From the NCBI RefSeq assembly GCF_028368995.1, contig NZ_JAQNDL010000002.1:1344001-1408000 (forward strand): a stretch of DNA of 64,000 bases. The letters run 5' to 3'. The position numbers and the translations under genes are program-made. How positions within the stretch are numbered: the stretch's first letter is position 1; every line of letters starts with the position of its first letter. Positions 19,492 through 29,502 of this stretch are shown here, piece after piece. This DNA comes from Nannocystis bainbridge (GTDB taxonomy: Bacteria; Myxococcota_A; Polyangia; Nannocystales; Nannocystaceae). The notes beneath the pieces are model-generated. The model did not search any database. It saw only the letters and a program-made list of their open reading frames with translations, and was not told the origin of the DNA.

Positions 19492-20907
19492 ATGGCGCAG
19501 AAGTTCTTCGAGCTCATTCCGCCAGGCACGCGGTTCCCCTTCGTCAAGACGGCGAAGTACTTCATCGCGTTGTCGTTCGTGCTGATGGTCATCAGCATCG
19601 CGACGATGGCCTACAACTTCAGCAGCCGCGGGGCGGCGCTGAATTTCGGCATCGACTTCGCCGGCGGCTCCTCGGCCCGCCTGCAGCTCGCGCCGGGCAA
19701 GGACGTCCCGATCCAGGACGTCCGCGAGGCCCTCGACGCCGCCGGCTTCGAGAGCGCCTCGGCCGTCACCGTCCCCGACGCGGACAACCAGGTCATCGTC
19801 CACGTCAAGGACGTGGCCTCGATCGACATGGCCACCGCCAAGGGCTGCGAGGAGGCCGTCAACGCCTACCCCAAGGCCAAGCTCAAGCGCCCGATGTCGT
19901 ACCAGGAGGGCGCGAGCAAGATGTTCTTCGTGTTCGAGTCGGCCCCGGTCTACAGCGAGCTCGAGGCGCTGCTCGCCAAGGCCGGCTGCGACGGCAAGGT
20001 CGACAAGGGCACCGGCAAGCAGGACGAGTTCCCGGTCGAGCTCAGCCTCATCGGCATCGGCTCCAAGATCCAGGACGAGCTCAATCAGAGGCTCGGCGCC
20101 GGCACGGTCACCGCGATCGTCTCGTCCGAGACGGTCGGCGCCAAGGTCGGCAGCCAGCTCAAGGCCGACGGCGTCAAGTCGCTGCTGTACGCGCTCGGCT
20201 TCATCTTCCTCTACGTGATGCTGCGCTTCGACCTGCGCTTCGCGCCGGGCGGCATCGTCGCCCTCGCGCACGACGCGTTCATCACGGTCGGGGCGTTCGC
20301 GCTGACGTGGAAGGAGTTCAACCTCCAGACCATCGCCGCGCTGCTGACGATCGTCGGCTACTCGATCAACGACACCATCGTCGTGTTCGACCGCGTCCGC
20401 GAGCGCGTGGCGCTGAGCCGCGACACGCCGATCGAGGAGACCACCGACATCGCGCTCAACGAGACCCTGAGCCGCACGATCCTCACCTCCGGCACGACGC
20501 TGCTGGTGGTGCTGGCGACCTGGGCCCTCGGCTCCGGCACGATCAAGGACTTCGCGTTCGCGCTGATGATCGGCATCGTCGTCGGCACGTACTCGTCGCT
20601 GTTCATCGCCTGCCCGATCTTCTTGTGGGTCAACCGCCGCTTCTACGGCGGCGAGGGCCACCTGCTGACCGCCGATGACGCGGCGGCGACGGTCGACGCG
20701 GGCACGGTGCTGGCGGCGGACAACGCCGAGATCGACGAGGCCACCGGGCGCGCGGTCGGGGACCTGCGGGCCGAGGCGGCCGCCAAGGCCGGGGGCCAGA
20801 CGAGCGGCGCCGAGGGCGACGCGGGCAAGGGGCAAGGCGTGGGTGCGGAGGACGACGAACCGGCCAAGGCCAGCCGCCGCCGCCGCCGCCAGCGGCCGCA
20901 GAGCTGA
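19492..20907 (+). CDS. secF: Protein translocase subunit SecF
   Basis: GIDFAGG, GYSINDTIVVFDRVRE, GTYSSLFIA. Confidence 0.97.
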   Translation: MAQKFFELIPPGTRFPFVKTAKYFIALSFVLMVISIATMAYNFSSRGAALNFGIDFAGGSSARLQLAPGKDVPIQDVREALDAAGFESASAVTVPDADNQVIVHVKDVASIDMATAKGCEEAVNAYPKAKLKRPMSYQEGASKMFFVFESAPVYSELEALLAKAGCDGKVDKGTGKQDEFPVELSLIGIGSKIQDELNQRLGAGTVTAIVSSETVGAKVGSQLKADGVKSLLYALGFIFLYVMLRFDLRFAPGGIVALAHDAFITVGAFALTWKEFNLQTIAALLTIVGYSINDTIVVFDRVRERVALSRDTPIEETTDIALNETLSRTILTSGTTLLVVLATWALGSGTIKDFAFALMIGIVVGTYSSLFIACPIFLWVNRRFYGGEGHLLTADDAAATVDAGTVLAADNAEIDEATGRAVGDLRAEAAAKAGGQTSGAEGDAGKGQGVGAEDDEPAKASRRRRRQRPQS

Positions 20908-20923
20908 GCTCCGCGAGCTCCGC

Positions 20924-22714
20924 ATGAGCTCGCGGCTTTCGCTGACGAAGCCCCCGGCGGCGCCGGTCGACGCGCCCCGGCCGGCCCCACCGCCACTTGT
21001 CCTTCGGGGCATGTCCTCGGAGACAGGTGAGCTGCGCGACCGGTCCGGCGCGCTCGGGGTCGGGCCGCACGCGGTCGCGCTGATGCAGCGCCGCGGCGTC
21101 ACCAGCCCCGAGGCGCAAGCCCGGCTGCTGCGGCCGCGCCTGGCCGATCTGCGGGCGCCGACCGCCATGGCCGGGTTCGAGTCCGCGCTCGATCTGCTGC
21201 AGACGGCGCAGCAGAAGCGCCTGCGGATCGGGGTGTTCGGCGACTACGACGTCGACGGGGTGACGACGACGGCGATCCTCACCACCTACCTCGAGGCGCT
21301 CGGCATCGACGTGGTCGCGCGCGCGGCCTCGCGCGAGGGCGGCTACGGGCTGCAGGTCGCCGACGCCCGGGCGCTGCGCGAGGCCGGGGCCCAGGTCGTG
21401 CTGACCGGCGACTGCGGGACCTCCGATTTCGACGCGCTCGCCTGGCTCGAAGGACAGGGCATCCCGACCGCGGTGATCGACCATCACCAGGTGCCCGAGC
21501 GCATGCCGCCGGCGCGGGCGCTGCTGAACCCGCACCAGCCCGGCTGCGGCTTCCCGTTCAAGGGCCTGTGCAGCGCCGGCGTGGCGTTCTATCTGTGCGC
21601 GTCGCTGCGCAGCGCGATGGCCAAGAAGACCGGCAGCGCGCTGCCCGACCCGCGCGCGTGGCTCGACCTCGTCGCGCTCGGCACGATCTGCGACATGGTC
21701 CCGCTGGTCGACGAGAACCGGATCCTCGTGCGCCACGGGCTCGGCGTGATCGCGTCGCGGCGGCGGCCCGGCGTGCGGGCGCTGCTCGAGCAGGCCGGCG
21801 TCGGCGAGGACGACCCGATCGACGAGACGCACCTCGGTTTCCGCCTCGGGCCGCGGCTCAACGCGCCCGGGCGGCTCGGGCCGGCCGAGCCGTCGCTGCT
21901 GCTGCTGCGCGCGCGCAGCTCGGTCGAGGCGCGGGCGATGGCCGAGCGGGTCGAGAACTTCAACATCCACCGCCGCGAGCACCAGGACACGATCGTCAGC
22001 GAGGCGCTGGCGATGCTGGCGGCCGACCCGCGCACCCCGAGCCGGCGCGGGATCGTCGTCGCCGGCGAGTCGTGGCTGCACGGCATCGTCGGCATCGCCG
22101 CCGCCGGGGTGGTGTCGCAGTACCGGCGGCCGGCGCTGGTGCTGGCGGTCGACCGCGCGCGCGGCGAGGCCCGCGGCTCGGCGCGCACGGCCGGCGACAT
22201 CGACGTGCACGCGGCGCTGCGCGTCTGTGCGCCATACCTGCGGCGGTTCGGCGGCCACCGGGCGGCCGCCGGGGTGAGCCTCGATCCGGCCCAGATCCCC
22301 GCGCTCGTCGAGGCCTTCGACGCGGCGGTGGCCGACCAGATCCGCGAGCGGCAGCTCGGCGAGCCGGCGGTCGAGCACGACGGGGAGTTGCCGTTCGAGG
22401 CCATCGACGAGCCGCTCCTGGCCGACCTGGAGCATCTCGCGCCGTACGGGGTCGGGTTCGCGCCGCCGCGGTTTCTCTGCGAGGACGCGGTGATCGAGCG
22501 GGTGCGGGTGCTGAAGGGCCGGCACCTGTCGCTGGGCCTGCGGCAGGGCCGGCTCGGCTTCGAGGCCATCGCTTTCGGCCAGGCCGCCGCCCACCCGAAG
22601 CTCGCGCCGGGCGAGCGCGTGGCCTTTTTGTTCGTGCCGCTGCGCTCCAGCTTTCGCGGCCGGGTGCGGCTCCAGTTGATGGTCGAGTCGATGTGGCCGG
22701 CGCGCGGGTTTTGA
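20924..22714 (+). CDS. recJ: Single-stranded-DNA exonuclease RecJ
   Basis: GDYDVDG, DCG, DHH, DLVALGTICD, RGSAR, FGGH; start could be 20924 or 21011. Confidence 0.95.
   Translation: MSSRLSLTKPPAAPVDAPRPAPPPLVLRGMSSETGELRDRSGALGVGPHAVALMQRRGVTSPEAQARLLRPRLADLRAPTAMAGFESALDLLQTAQQKRLRIGVFGDYDVDGVTTTAILTTYLEALGIDVVARAASREGGYGLQVADARALREAGAQVVLTGDCGTSDFDALAWLEGQGIPTAVIDHHQVPERMPPARALLNPHQPGCGFPFKGLCSAGVAFYLCASLRSAMAKKTGSALPDPRAWLDLVALGTICDMVPLVDENRILVRHGLGVIASRRRPGVRALLEQAGVGEDDPIDETHLGFRLGPRLNAPGRLGPAEPSLLLLRARSSVEARAMAERVENFNIHRREHQDTIVSEALAMLAADPRTPSRRGIVVAGESWLHGIVGIAAAGVVSQYRRPALVLAVDRARGEARGSARTAGDIDVHAALRVCAPYLRRFGGHRAAAGVSLDPAQIPALVEAFDAAVADQIRERQLGEPAVEHDGELPFEAIDEPLLADLEHLAPYGVGFAPPRFLCEDAVIERVRVLKGRHLSLGLRQGRLGFEAIAFGQAAAHPKLAPGERVAFLFVPLRSSFRGRVRLQLMVESMWPARGF
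20993..21030. repeat. Short 14-bp-phased array at the recJ 5' end
   Basis: Cores at 20996, 21010, 21024 (CTTGTCCTTCGGGGCATGTCCTCGGAGACAGG). Confidence 0.8.
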
Positions 22715-22746
22715 CGCCCCGATCCCCTCGGCGCTACACTCGTGGG

Positions 22747-23643
22747 ATGACGGCGTTTCGGTCCCCTGGCGTGACGGCTCTCGCGGCTGGCCTGATCCTC
22801 GCCTGCGGAGCGCGGAGCGGCCCGATCAGCGAGGACACCGAGGGCGGCACGGGCGTGACGCCGATCGATCCGCGCGAGGGCGGCTGCGACAACCCGATCG
22901 CGCTGCCGCTCGCCAACATCGAGGTGCGCGGGCGACTGCAGGGGCCGAGCCGCGTCGAGGGTTGGTGCGGCGACGGCATCAACGACGGCGGCGCCGAGGA
23001 CACCTACCTCATCACGCCCGCGGCCGACACCGACGTGCTGCTGTTGATGCAGCCGAGCACCGACTTCACGCCGACGCTCCGGGTCACGCGCGACGGCTGC
23101 TACATGGACGACGACAACCTGCCGCGGGTGTGCGCCGCGCCCTACGGCGATGTCCCGTTCCGCCACTTCTTCGCCCAGGCGGGGCACGAGTACTTCGTCA
23201 CCGTCGACTCGCCCGAGGGCACCGACGGTCACTACGCGATGCAGGTCGTGTACACCGCGCCGCCGGTCGAGGGCTGCCCGGTCCACTCGACCCAGATCAA
23301 CCAGGAGATCGGCGGCTTCTTCACGTGGAGTAACGATCTCGGCGGGCGCGCCGGCACGGTCGACGGCCGCTGCGGCGGACCTGGCGCAGAGAACATGTTC
23401 CAGCTCAACGTGTTCACGCCGGGCTCGATCACCTTCTCCATCACCGCCGACGCCTCGTTCGCGCCGGTGCTCAGCGTCCGCACCGGCTGCGGCGGCTCGA
23501 CCGAGCTGACCTGCACGTCGATGGCGGAGCAGGGCACCTCCAACTTCTCGCTGACCTGGGATTTCACGCCCGGGGTCTACTTCATCGTCGTCGATCAGAA
23601 CGACGTGGTGGGCGGGTCCTACAAGCTCGACGTGGCCTCGTAG
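22747..23643 (+). CDS. Lipoprotein with two Cys-containing beta-sandwich (PPC-like) repeats
   Basis: Lipobox GLILA-C; repeated C-G...GAE...F.P.L.V...C...C...G.YF(V/I)VD...G.Y. Confidence 0.75.
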   Translation: MTAFRSPGVTALAAGLILACGARSGPISEDTEGGTGVTPIDPREGGCDNPIALPLANIEVRGRLQGPSRVEGWCGDGINDGGAEDTYLITPAADTDVLLLMQPSTDFTPTLRVTRDGCYMDDDNLPRVCAAPYGDVPFRHFFAQAGHEYFVTVDSPEGTDGHYAMQVVYTAPPVEGCPVHSTQINQEIGGFFTWSNDLGGRAGTVDGRCGGPGAENMFQLNVFTPGSITFSITADASFAPVLSVRTGCGGSTELTCTSMAEQGTSNFSLTWDFTPGVYFIVVDQNDVVGGSYKLDVAS

Positions 23644-23662
23644 CGCCGCCCCGGGGTCGATC

Positions 23663-24127
23663 GTGTTCATCCGCCTCCGCGCCGCCCGGCCCGAAGACTG
23701 GACCGGGAAGCTCAGCGACTTCCTCGTCGGCCTGGTGTTCCTCGCGGCGTCGGTCGCGGTGCTGCTGGCGCGCCTGCCCGAGGCGTGGGTGGCCGCGGTC
23801 GACGGCCGCAGCTGGATCATCCGCGTGGGCCTGATCGTCGTGCTGCTGTGGCTGAACCAGTGGGTCGGCAACCTGGTCCGCACCGTCCTGCCGCGCGCGC
23901 CGTACCTGTTCGGCCGCACCTTGACGATCCGCGAGCGCGGCCGCCGGGTCCGCCTGCCGGTCCGCGAGATCGCCCGCATCTACGTCGAGCCGCGCCCGCC
24001 CGGCGAGCGCGACACCTTCGTGGTCGCGCTCAAGAACGGCGAGACCTACGACCTGTGCCCGATCGCCTGGCAGGGCGCCGCCCGCCTGTACGCCCGCCTG
24101 GCCCGCGCGCTGCCGCGGCCGCGCTGA
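23663..24127 (+). CDS. Hypothetical membrane protein (2 TM plus small soluble domain)
   Basis: 154-aa ORF with typical codon usage. Confidence 0.7.
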   Translation: MFIRLRAARPEDWTGKLSDFLVGLVFLAASVAVLLARLPEAWVAAVDGRSWIIRVGLIVVLLWLNQWVGNLVRTVLPRAPYLFGRTLTIRERGRRVRLPVREIARIYVEPRPPGERDTFVVALKNGETYDLCPIAWQGAARLYARLARALPRPR

Positions 24128-24147
24128 GCCGCGGGCGGAGCCCCGGA

Positions 24148-24255
24148 GGCGCTGGTCGCAGGGACATGTCCTTGTGGGCAGGCCCTCAGGGACAGGGGCG
24201 AGCGGACAGGTCCTTCGGGGCAGGTTCCTGAGGACAGGTCCCCGAGGACAAGCGG
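24148..24255. repeat. Intergenic 14-bp-phased array, CAGG-dominated, between convergent genes
   Basis: Cores at 24165, 24179, 24193, 24207, 24221, 24235, 24249. Confidence 0.92.
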
Positions 24256-24273
24256 CAGAACGAGCCGGCCGGC

Positions 24274-25329
24274 TCAGGTCGGCAGGCGCGAGACCTGCAG
24301 CGTGTACTCGCTGCACGATTGGTCGTTGGCGACGCGGATCACCCGGATGAACACCTTGGCCGGCCAGGGCACGTTGTTGAGGTAGTTGGGGTTGGGGTTG
24401 GGGTTGGGGTTCGGCGGGGAGTGGGCGTCGAAGAACTCCCACTCGCGGGCCGGCGGGGTGCCGGGGCCGTAGGTCGCGGCCAGGCCCTCGAAGGCCGGCT
24501 TGTTGCAGGCGGTGTAGACCTCGAAGCGGTAGTCGGGGCTGGTGGGGTCGCCCGGGTTGACCGCGAAGGTGGCGGCGATCTTGCCGGCGTTGGGCCGGTT
24601 GCCCATCGCCATGGCCTCGGGGAACTCGACCCAGTACCAGTCCTCCTGGCCGTTGCCGGGGCCGTTGTCGATCCCGGTGATCGAGCCCTTGATCGGGGGG
24701 ACGACGCCGCCCTCGGCGATCACCCCGAGAGCGCCGGCCATGCCCTCGGCGCAGGTGTCCGAGGCCTTGGCGTCGGGCGTGACCGCGCACTCGCAATCCG
24801 AGCCGTCGGAGGCGTCGGGGTTGGCGTCGTCGCAGTCGGGGCCGGGCTCGTCGGGGCCGTACTGATCGCAGCCGACCCAGAAGCCGTCGCCGTCCTGGTC
24901 GACGCAGGTGCCGCAGCTCTGCCACGAGTTGAAGCTGGTGTCGTCGCAGTCGGGGCCGGCGTTGCAGCCCTCGCCGTGGAGATCGCCGTCGTCGTCGACG
25001 CAGTCCGGGTCGGGCAGGGTGGTGGTGCCGGCCGTGGTCGGACCGCCGGTGGGATCGCTGCCGGTCGGGTCGGAGTCGGAGCCCGGCCCCGGGCCGGTCG
25101 GGGTGCTCGTGTCCGAGTCGGTCATGCTGCCGCCGACGGTCGGGGTCGAATCCGTGTCGCTGCCGGGCTGGGTGGTCCCGCTCATGCTGTTGCTGTTGCC
25201 CTGGCTCTCGAACGGATTGGTCGAGCCGACCCCCGGATCTCCACCCGCGCACGCGCCCAGGTGCGCAGCGGCGGTGAGCACGAGCGAGAGCCTGACGAGG
25301 GTCGGGGTGGGCCTGGACGCGCCGAGCAT
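24274..25329 (-). CDS. Ser/Thr-rich lipoprotein with DxDGD/DCDD repeats
   Basis: Lipobox HLGA-C; CVDDDGD, CVDQDGDG, PDCDD; PNPNPNPNP tract. Confidence 0.8.
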   Translation of the reverse strand: MLGASRPTPTLVRLSLVLTAAAHLGACAGGDPGVGSTNPFESQGNSNSMSGTTQPGSDTDSTPTVGGSMTDSDTSTPTGPGPGSDSDPTGSDPTGGPTTAGTTTLPDPDCVDDDGDLHGEGCNAGPDCDDTSFNSWQSCGTCVDQDGDGFWVGCDQYGPDEPGPDCDDANPDASDGSDCECAVTPDAKASDTCAEGMAGALGVIAEGGVVPPIKGSITGIDNGPGNGQEDWYWVEFPEAMAMGNRPNAGKIAATFAVNPGDPTSPDYRFEVYTACNKPAFEGLAATYGPGTPPAREWEFFDAHSPPNPNPNPNPNYLNNVPWPAKVFIRVIRVANDQSCSEYTLQVSRLPT

Positions 25330-25515
25330 CCTCTGCAGAATACACAAGGACCAGCCCGCCCTCGCACTTTGGCGCATGTGAGCTCGAGGGTGGCCCCGCA
25401 CCGCGGGTCCCGCCGGCCGGCTCCGAGCGCCGGTTTCGCGGTCGAGATCCGGGAGACGCAATCCGCGAGGCAGGCGCGCCGGAGGCGAGCGGCTTTGGTA
25501 CGATGCCGCCCGACC

Positions 25516-28500
25516 TTGCCCGAGCTGTTCAAAGCGCTGGCGAGCTACATCCCGGCAATCGTTACGCGGCGGCTCTCGGTCGATCCGCGTCCGCTGCACC
25601 AGCCGCAAGCCGAGATCGTAGCCGCCGCAGTCCTCTGCGCCGACGTCTCCGGCTTCACGTCCCTGACCGAGGCGCTCGCCAAGCAAGGGCCCGCGGGCGT
25701 CGAGAAGGTGGCCGCAGGCCTCAACACGTACTTCGGTCGGCTCATCGACATCACCGCGGCGCACGGCGGCGACGTCGTCAAGTTCGCCGGCGACGCGCTC
25801 ACGGCGGTGTGGGTCGCCGAGGGCGCGTCGGCCCGCGCGGCCGAGGCCGCGGTCGCGTGCGGGCTGGCGATCCAGGCCGCCCTGCACGCGTGCCAGATCG
25901 ACGACGGCATCGAGCTGTCGCTGCGGATCGGCGTGGCCGCCGGACGGATCGCGCTGGTCCACGTCGGCGGCCTCGGCGGCCGCTGGGAGCTGGTGCTCGT
26001 CGGCCCCGCGATCGAGGCGGTGCGGCGGGCCGAGGCGCTGGCGCGGCCGGGCGAGGTTGTGATCGATCGGCGCGTGTGGACGATGCTGGCCGGCCGCACC
26101 GACGGCGAGGCCCGTGGCGAGCACGGCTTCGGGCGCGTGACGAGCCTGCGCGAGCCGGTGGTGCCGTCGCCGCTGGTGCGGCCGCTGCTGCCCGACGTCG
26201 CCGAGCAGGCGCTGCGGGGTTACGTGCCGCCGGCGGTGATCGCCCGCCTGTCGGCCGGGCAGAGCAGCTTCCTCGCCGAGCTGCGGCGGCTCAGCATCCT
26301 CTTCATCAACTTCCCCGACCTCAAGCACCAGACGCCGCTCATGGAGGCGCAGGAGGTCATGATCGCGGTGCAGCAGATCGTCGAGACGTGGGAGGGCACG
26401 ATCGGCCACCTCAGCGTCGACGATCACGGCACCACGGTGCTGGTCGCGTTCGGCCTGCCGCCGCTCGCCCACGAGGACGACCCGGGGCGCGCCATCGAGG
26501 CGGCGCAGCAGGTCCGCGAGCTCCACAAGCGGCTCGGCTGGCGCACCAACTGCGGGATCGCCTCGGGCCGGGCCTTCTGCGGCACCGTCGGCAGCGCCGA
26601 ACGTTGCGAGTACACGGTCCTCGGCGACGTGGTCAACCTGGCCGCGCGGCTGATGCAGGCCGGCGACGGCAAGTCGGTGTTGTGTGACCACTACACCTTC
26701 GTCGCCACCCGCGGGCAGTTCCTGTTCGAGGGCCTGCCGGCGATCTCGGTGAAGGGCAAAGAGGGCACGATCTCGATCTACACCCCGGCGAGCGCGCGGC
26801 TGCCGGGGCGCAGCCAGAAGGAGCGCGCCGTCTCGGGCCCGCTGCCGACCGCGGGCGGCCCCAGGGCGTCGCTGGTCGGCCGCATGCGCGAGCGCGGCGT
26901 GCTGATCAACGGCCTGCACGAGGTGCTGCGAGGCAACAGCGCGACGATCGTGGTCGAGGGCGAAGCCGGGCTCGGCAAGACGCGCCTGGCCGACGACCTG
27001 CTCGACCAGGCCGAGGCCGCGGGGGCGACGCGCCTGCTCGGCGCGCGCGAGATCAGCGAGGCGGCCGGCCCATACCACGCGTGGATGCCGATCTTCGCGG
27101 CGATCTTCGGCCTGAACCAAGGGACAGACGGCGGCCAGGGCCCCGATCCGTGGCAGCGCGTGGTCTCGGGGCTGCGGCGGCTGGTGCCGGCCGCGGTGTC
27201 GCGGGCGCCGCTGCTCGGCGCGGTGCTGCCGATCGACGCCGTCGACAACGACCGCACCGCGCCGCTGCAGGGCCGCGCGCGCGCCGAGCAGACCCGCATG
27301 CTGCTGGTCCAGATCCTGCTCGCCTACCTCAAGGCCCACCCGGCGGTGCTGCTGCTGGAGGACGCCCAGCGGTTCGACTCGGCCTCGTGGGCGCTGCTGA
27401 CCGAGGTGCGCGAGGAGGTCCAGCCGCTGCTGTGCGTGATCGTCACCGGCCCGGTCGACAACGACACCGCCGCCGCCGAGCTGCGCCAGATCCTCGCCGA
27501 TCAGGGCACCTACCACCTGCAGCTGCAGCCGCTGTCGCTGGCCGAGACCGAGAACCTGGTGTGCCGCCGGCTCGGCGTGTCGCGGCTGCCGTCCGAGGTC
27601 GCCAGCTTCATCTACGAGCGCGCCGAGGGCCACCCGTTCTTCTCCGAGGAGCTGGCCTCGGCGCTGCGCGACGCCGGCTTCATCACCATCTGGAACGGCG
27701 AGTGTCTGCTGTCCCATGAGGCAGGTGACCTGCGGACCGCCAAGTTCCCCGACAACCTCGAGGCGGTGATCATCAGCCGCATCGATCGCCTGCAGCAGCA
27801 GCATCAGCTGGTGCTCAAGGTCGGCGCGGTGCTCGGGCGCGTGTTCTCGCTGAGCCTCCTGCGCGCCATCTACCCGATCGAGGCCGACAAGGCCCAGCTG
27901 CCGGAGTACCTGCAGGCGCTCGAGCGGCGCGGGCTCCTGGTGCCCAAGCCGAACGCGGCCGAGGGCACCTTCCTGTTCAAGCACGCGCTGACGCAGGAGG
28001 TCGCCTACGGCCTGCTGCCGTTCGCCCAGCGCCAGCAGTTCCACCAGGCGGTCGCCGAGCACTTCGAGCGCGCGCACGGCAGCAAGCTCGAGCTGTACTA
28101 CCCGCTGCTCGCGCACCACTGGTACCGCGTGGTCGCCTCGTCGGCGCTGGTGCCCGGCGGCGGGCGGCCGAGCCCGGAGCTGATCGGCCGCGCGGTGCTC
28201 TACCTGCAGCGCGCCGGCGATCAGGCGATCCGCAACGACGCCGGCCAGGAGGCCGTGCAGCACTACAGCCACGCGATCGAGCTGCAGCGCCACCTGCCCG
28301 AGAGCCCCGAGCGGGTCGAGCAGGAGATCGGGCTGCAGATCGGCCTCGGCAACGCCCAGGTGGCGACGCTCGGGTTCGGCTCCGACGAGGTCGAGCAGAC
28401 GTTCGCCCGCGCCCGCGAGCTGTGCCGCGAGGTCGGCGACACGCGCCACCTGTTCCCGGTGCTGTTCGGGCTGTGGCAGCACTACGTCGTCCGCGCCCAG

Positions 28501-29460
28501 CTCGACGTGGCCCGCGAGCTCGCCGAGCAGATGCTGGTGTTCGCCGAGCGTCGGCGCCAGCGCGTGCCGCTGCTGGTGTCGCACCGCGCCCTCGGCACCC
28601 AGCTGTTCCACCAGGGGGACTTCGAACGCTCGCGCGCCCACCTCGAGCGCTCGGTCGTCCTCTACGCCCCCGACTTCGATCGCAACCTCGGCCACCTCTA
28701 CATCCACGACCCACGGATCGCGGCCCTGGCGATCCTGTCGCTGACGCTGTGGATGCTCGGCCGCACCGCCGAGGCGCTCGAGCGCAGCCGCGTGTCGGTG
28801 GCGCTGGCCCGCGAGCTCGGCCACGGCTTCTCGACCACGTTCGCGCTGGTGACCGCGGCGATCCTGCGCCAGATCCTGCGCGACGTCGACGGCGCCCGCA
28901 CCCACGCCGATCAGGTCTATCAGCTCAAGGCCGAGGCCACGCTCGGCGCGTGGGTCAGCTTCGCCGACGCGATCCGGGCGTGGGCGATGGCCGAGCTCGG
29001 CCAGCACGACGAGGGCCTCGACCTGCTGCGGCAGGCGCTCATCGAGCTGCAGGCGGCCGGCATGGGCATGTTCATGCCGTGGACGTTCTCGATCTTCGCG
29101 GACCTGTGCGTGCGGGCCGGCCGGATCGACGAGGGCCTGAGCGTGATCGCCGAGGCGATGGAGTCGTCGCGGCTCAGCGGGGCGCGCTGGTGGGAGGCCG
29201 AGCTCATGCGTCAGCGGGCCGAGGTCGCGTTCGCCGTCGGCGACACCGAGGAGGCCGCGCAGCTGCTGCACGAGGCGCTGGCGCTCGCGCGCGAGCAGGG
29301 GGCGCGCGCGCTCGAGCTGCGGGCCGGCCTCAGCATGGCTCGCCTGTTCCCCGACGATCCTGCGACGCGGGCCCGCCTGCGGGCGCTGCACGACGATCTG
29401 GTCGACAAGGTCGACGACGTGCTGCTGGCGGCGCTGGCGGCGGCGGCGGCCGGCGGCTGA
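25516..29460 (+). CDS. Adenylate/guanylate cyclase with tandem class III domains, STAND P-loop and TPR region
   Basis: ADVSGFTSL, DVVKFAGDAL, EYTVLGDVVNLAARLM, Walker A GEAGLGKT, LLLEDAQ, GHPFF, FKHALTQEVAY; TTG start inferred. Confidence 0.9.
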   Translation: MPELFKALASYIPAIVTRRLSVDPRPLHQPQAEIVAAAVLCADVSGFTSLTEALAKQGPAGVEKVAAGLNTYFGRLIDITAAHGGDVVKFAGDALTAVWVAEGASARAAEAAVACGLAIQAALHACQIDDGIELSLRIGVAAGRIALVHVGGLGGRWELVLVGPAIEAVRRAEALARPGEVVIDRRVWTMLAGRTDGEARGEHGFGRVTSLREPVVPSPLVRPLLPDVAEQALRGYVPPAVIARLSAGQSSFLAELRRLSILFINFPDLKHQTPLMEAQEVMIAVQQIVETWEGTIGHLSVDDHGTTVLVAFGLPPLAHEDDPGRAIEAAQQVRELHKRLGWRTNCGIASGRAFCGTVGSAERCEYTVLGDVVNLAARLMQAGDGKSVLCDHYTFVATRGQFLFEGLPAISVKGKEGTISIYTPASARLPGRSQKERAVSGPLPTAGGPRASLVGRMRERGVLINGLHEVLRGNSATIVVEGEAGLGKTRLADDLLDQAEAAGATRLLGAREISEAAGPYHAWMPIFAAIFGLNQGTDGGQGPDPWQRVVSGLRRLVPAAVSRAPLLGAVLPIDAVDNDRTAPLQGRARAEQTRMLLVQILLAYLKAHPAVLLLEDAQRFDSASWALLTEVREEVQPLLCVIVTGPVDNDTAAAELRQILADQGTYHLQLQPLSLAETENLVCRRLGVSRLPSEVASFIYERAEGHPFFSEELASALRDAGFITIWNGECLLSHEAGDLRTAKFPDNLEAVIISRIDRLQQQHQLVLKVGAVLGRVFSLSLLRAIYPIEADKAQLPEYLQALERRGLLVPKPNAAEGTFLFKHALTQEVAYGLLPFAQRQQFHQAVAEHFERAHGSKLELYYPLLAHHWYRVVASSALVPGGGRPSPELIGRAVLYLQRAGDQAIRNDAGQEAVQHYSHAIELQRHLPESPERVEQEIGLQIGLGNAQVATLGFGSDEVEQTFARARELCREVGDTRHLFPVLFGLWQHYVVRAQLDVARELAEQMLVFAERRRQRVPLLVSHRALGTQLFHQGDFERSRAHLERSVVLYAPDFDRNLGHLYIHDPRIAALAILSLTLWMLGRTAEALERSRVSVALARELGHGFSTTFALVTAAILRQILRDVDGARTHADQVYQLKAEATLGAWVSFADAIRAWAMAELGQHDEGLDLLRQALIELQAAGMGMFMPWTFSIFADLCVRAGRIDEGLSVIAEAMESSRLSGARWWEAELMRQRAEVAFAVGDTEEAAQLLHEALALAREQGARALELRAGLSMARLFPDDPATRARLRALHDDLVDKVDDVLLAALAAAAAGG

Positions 29461-29502
29461 GGTCCGGGCCGCGGCGGCGGCATCTGTTATGGTTGCGCCG
29501 CC

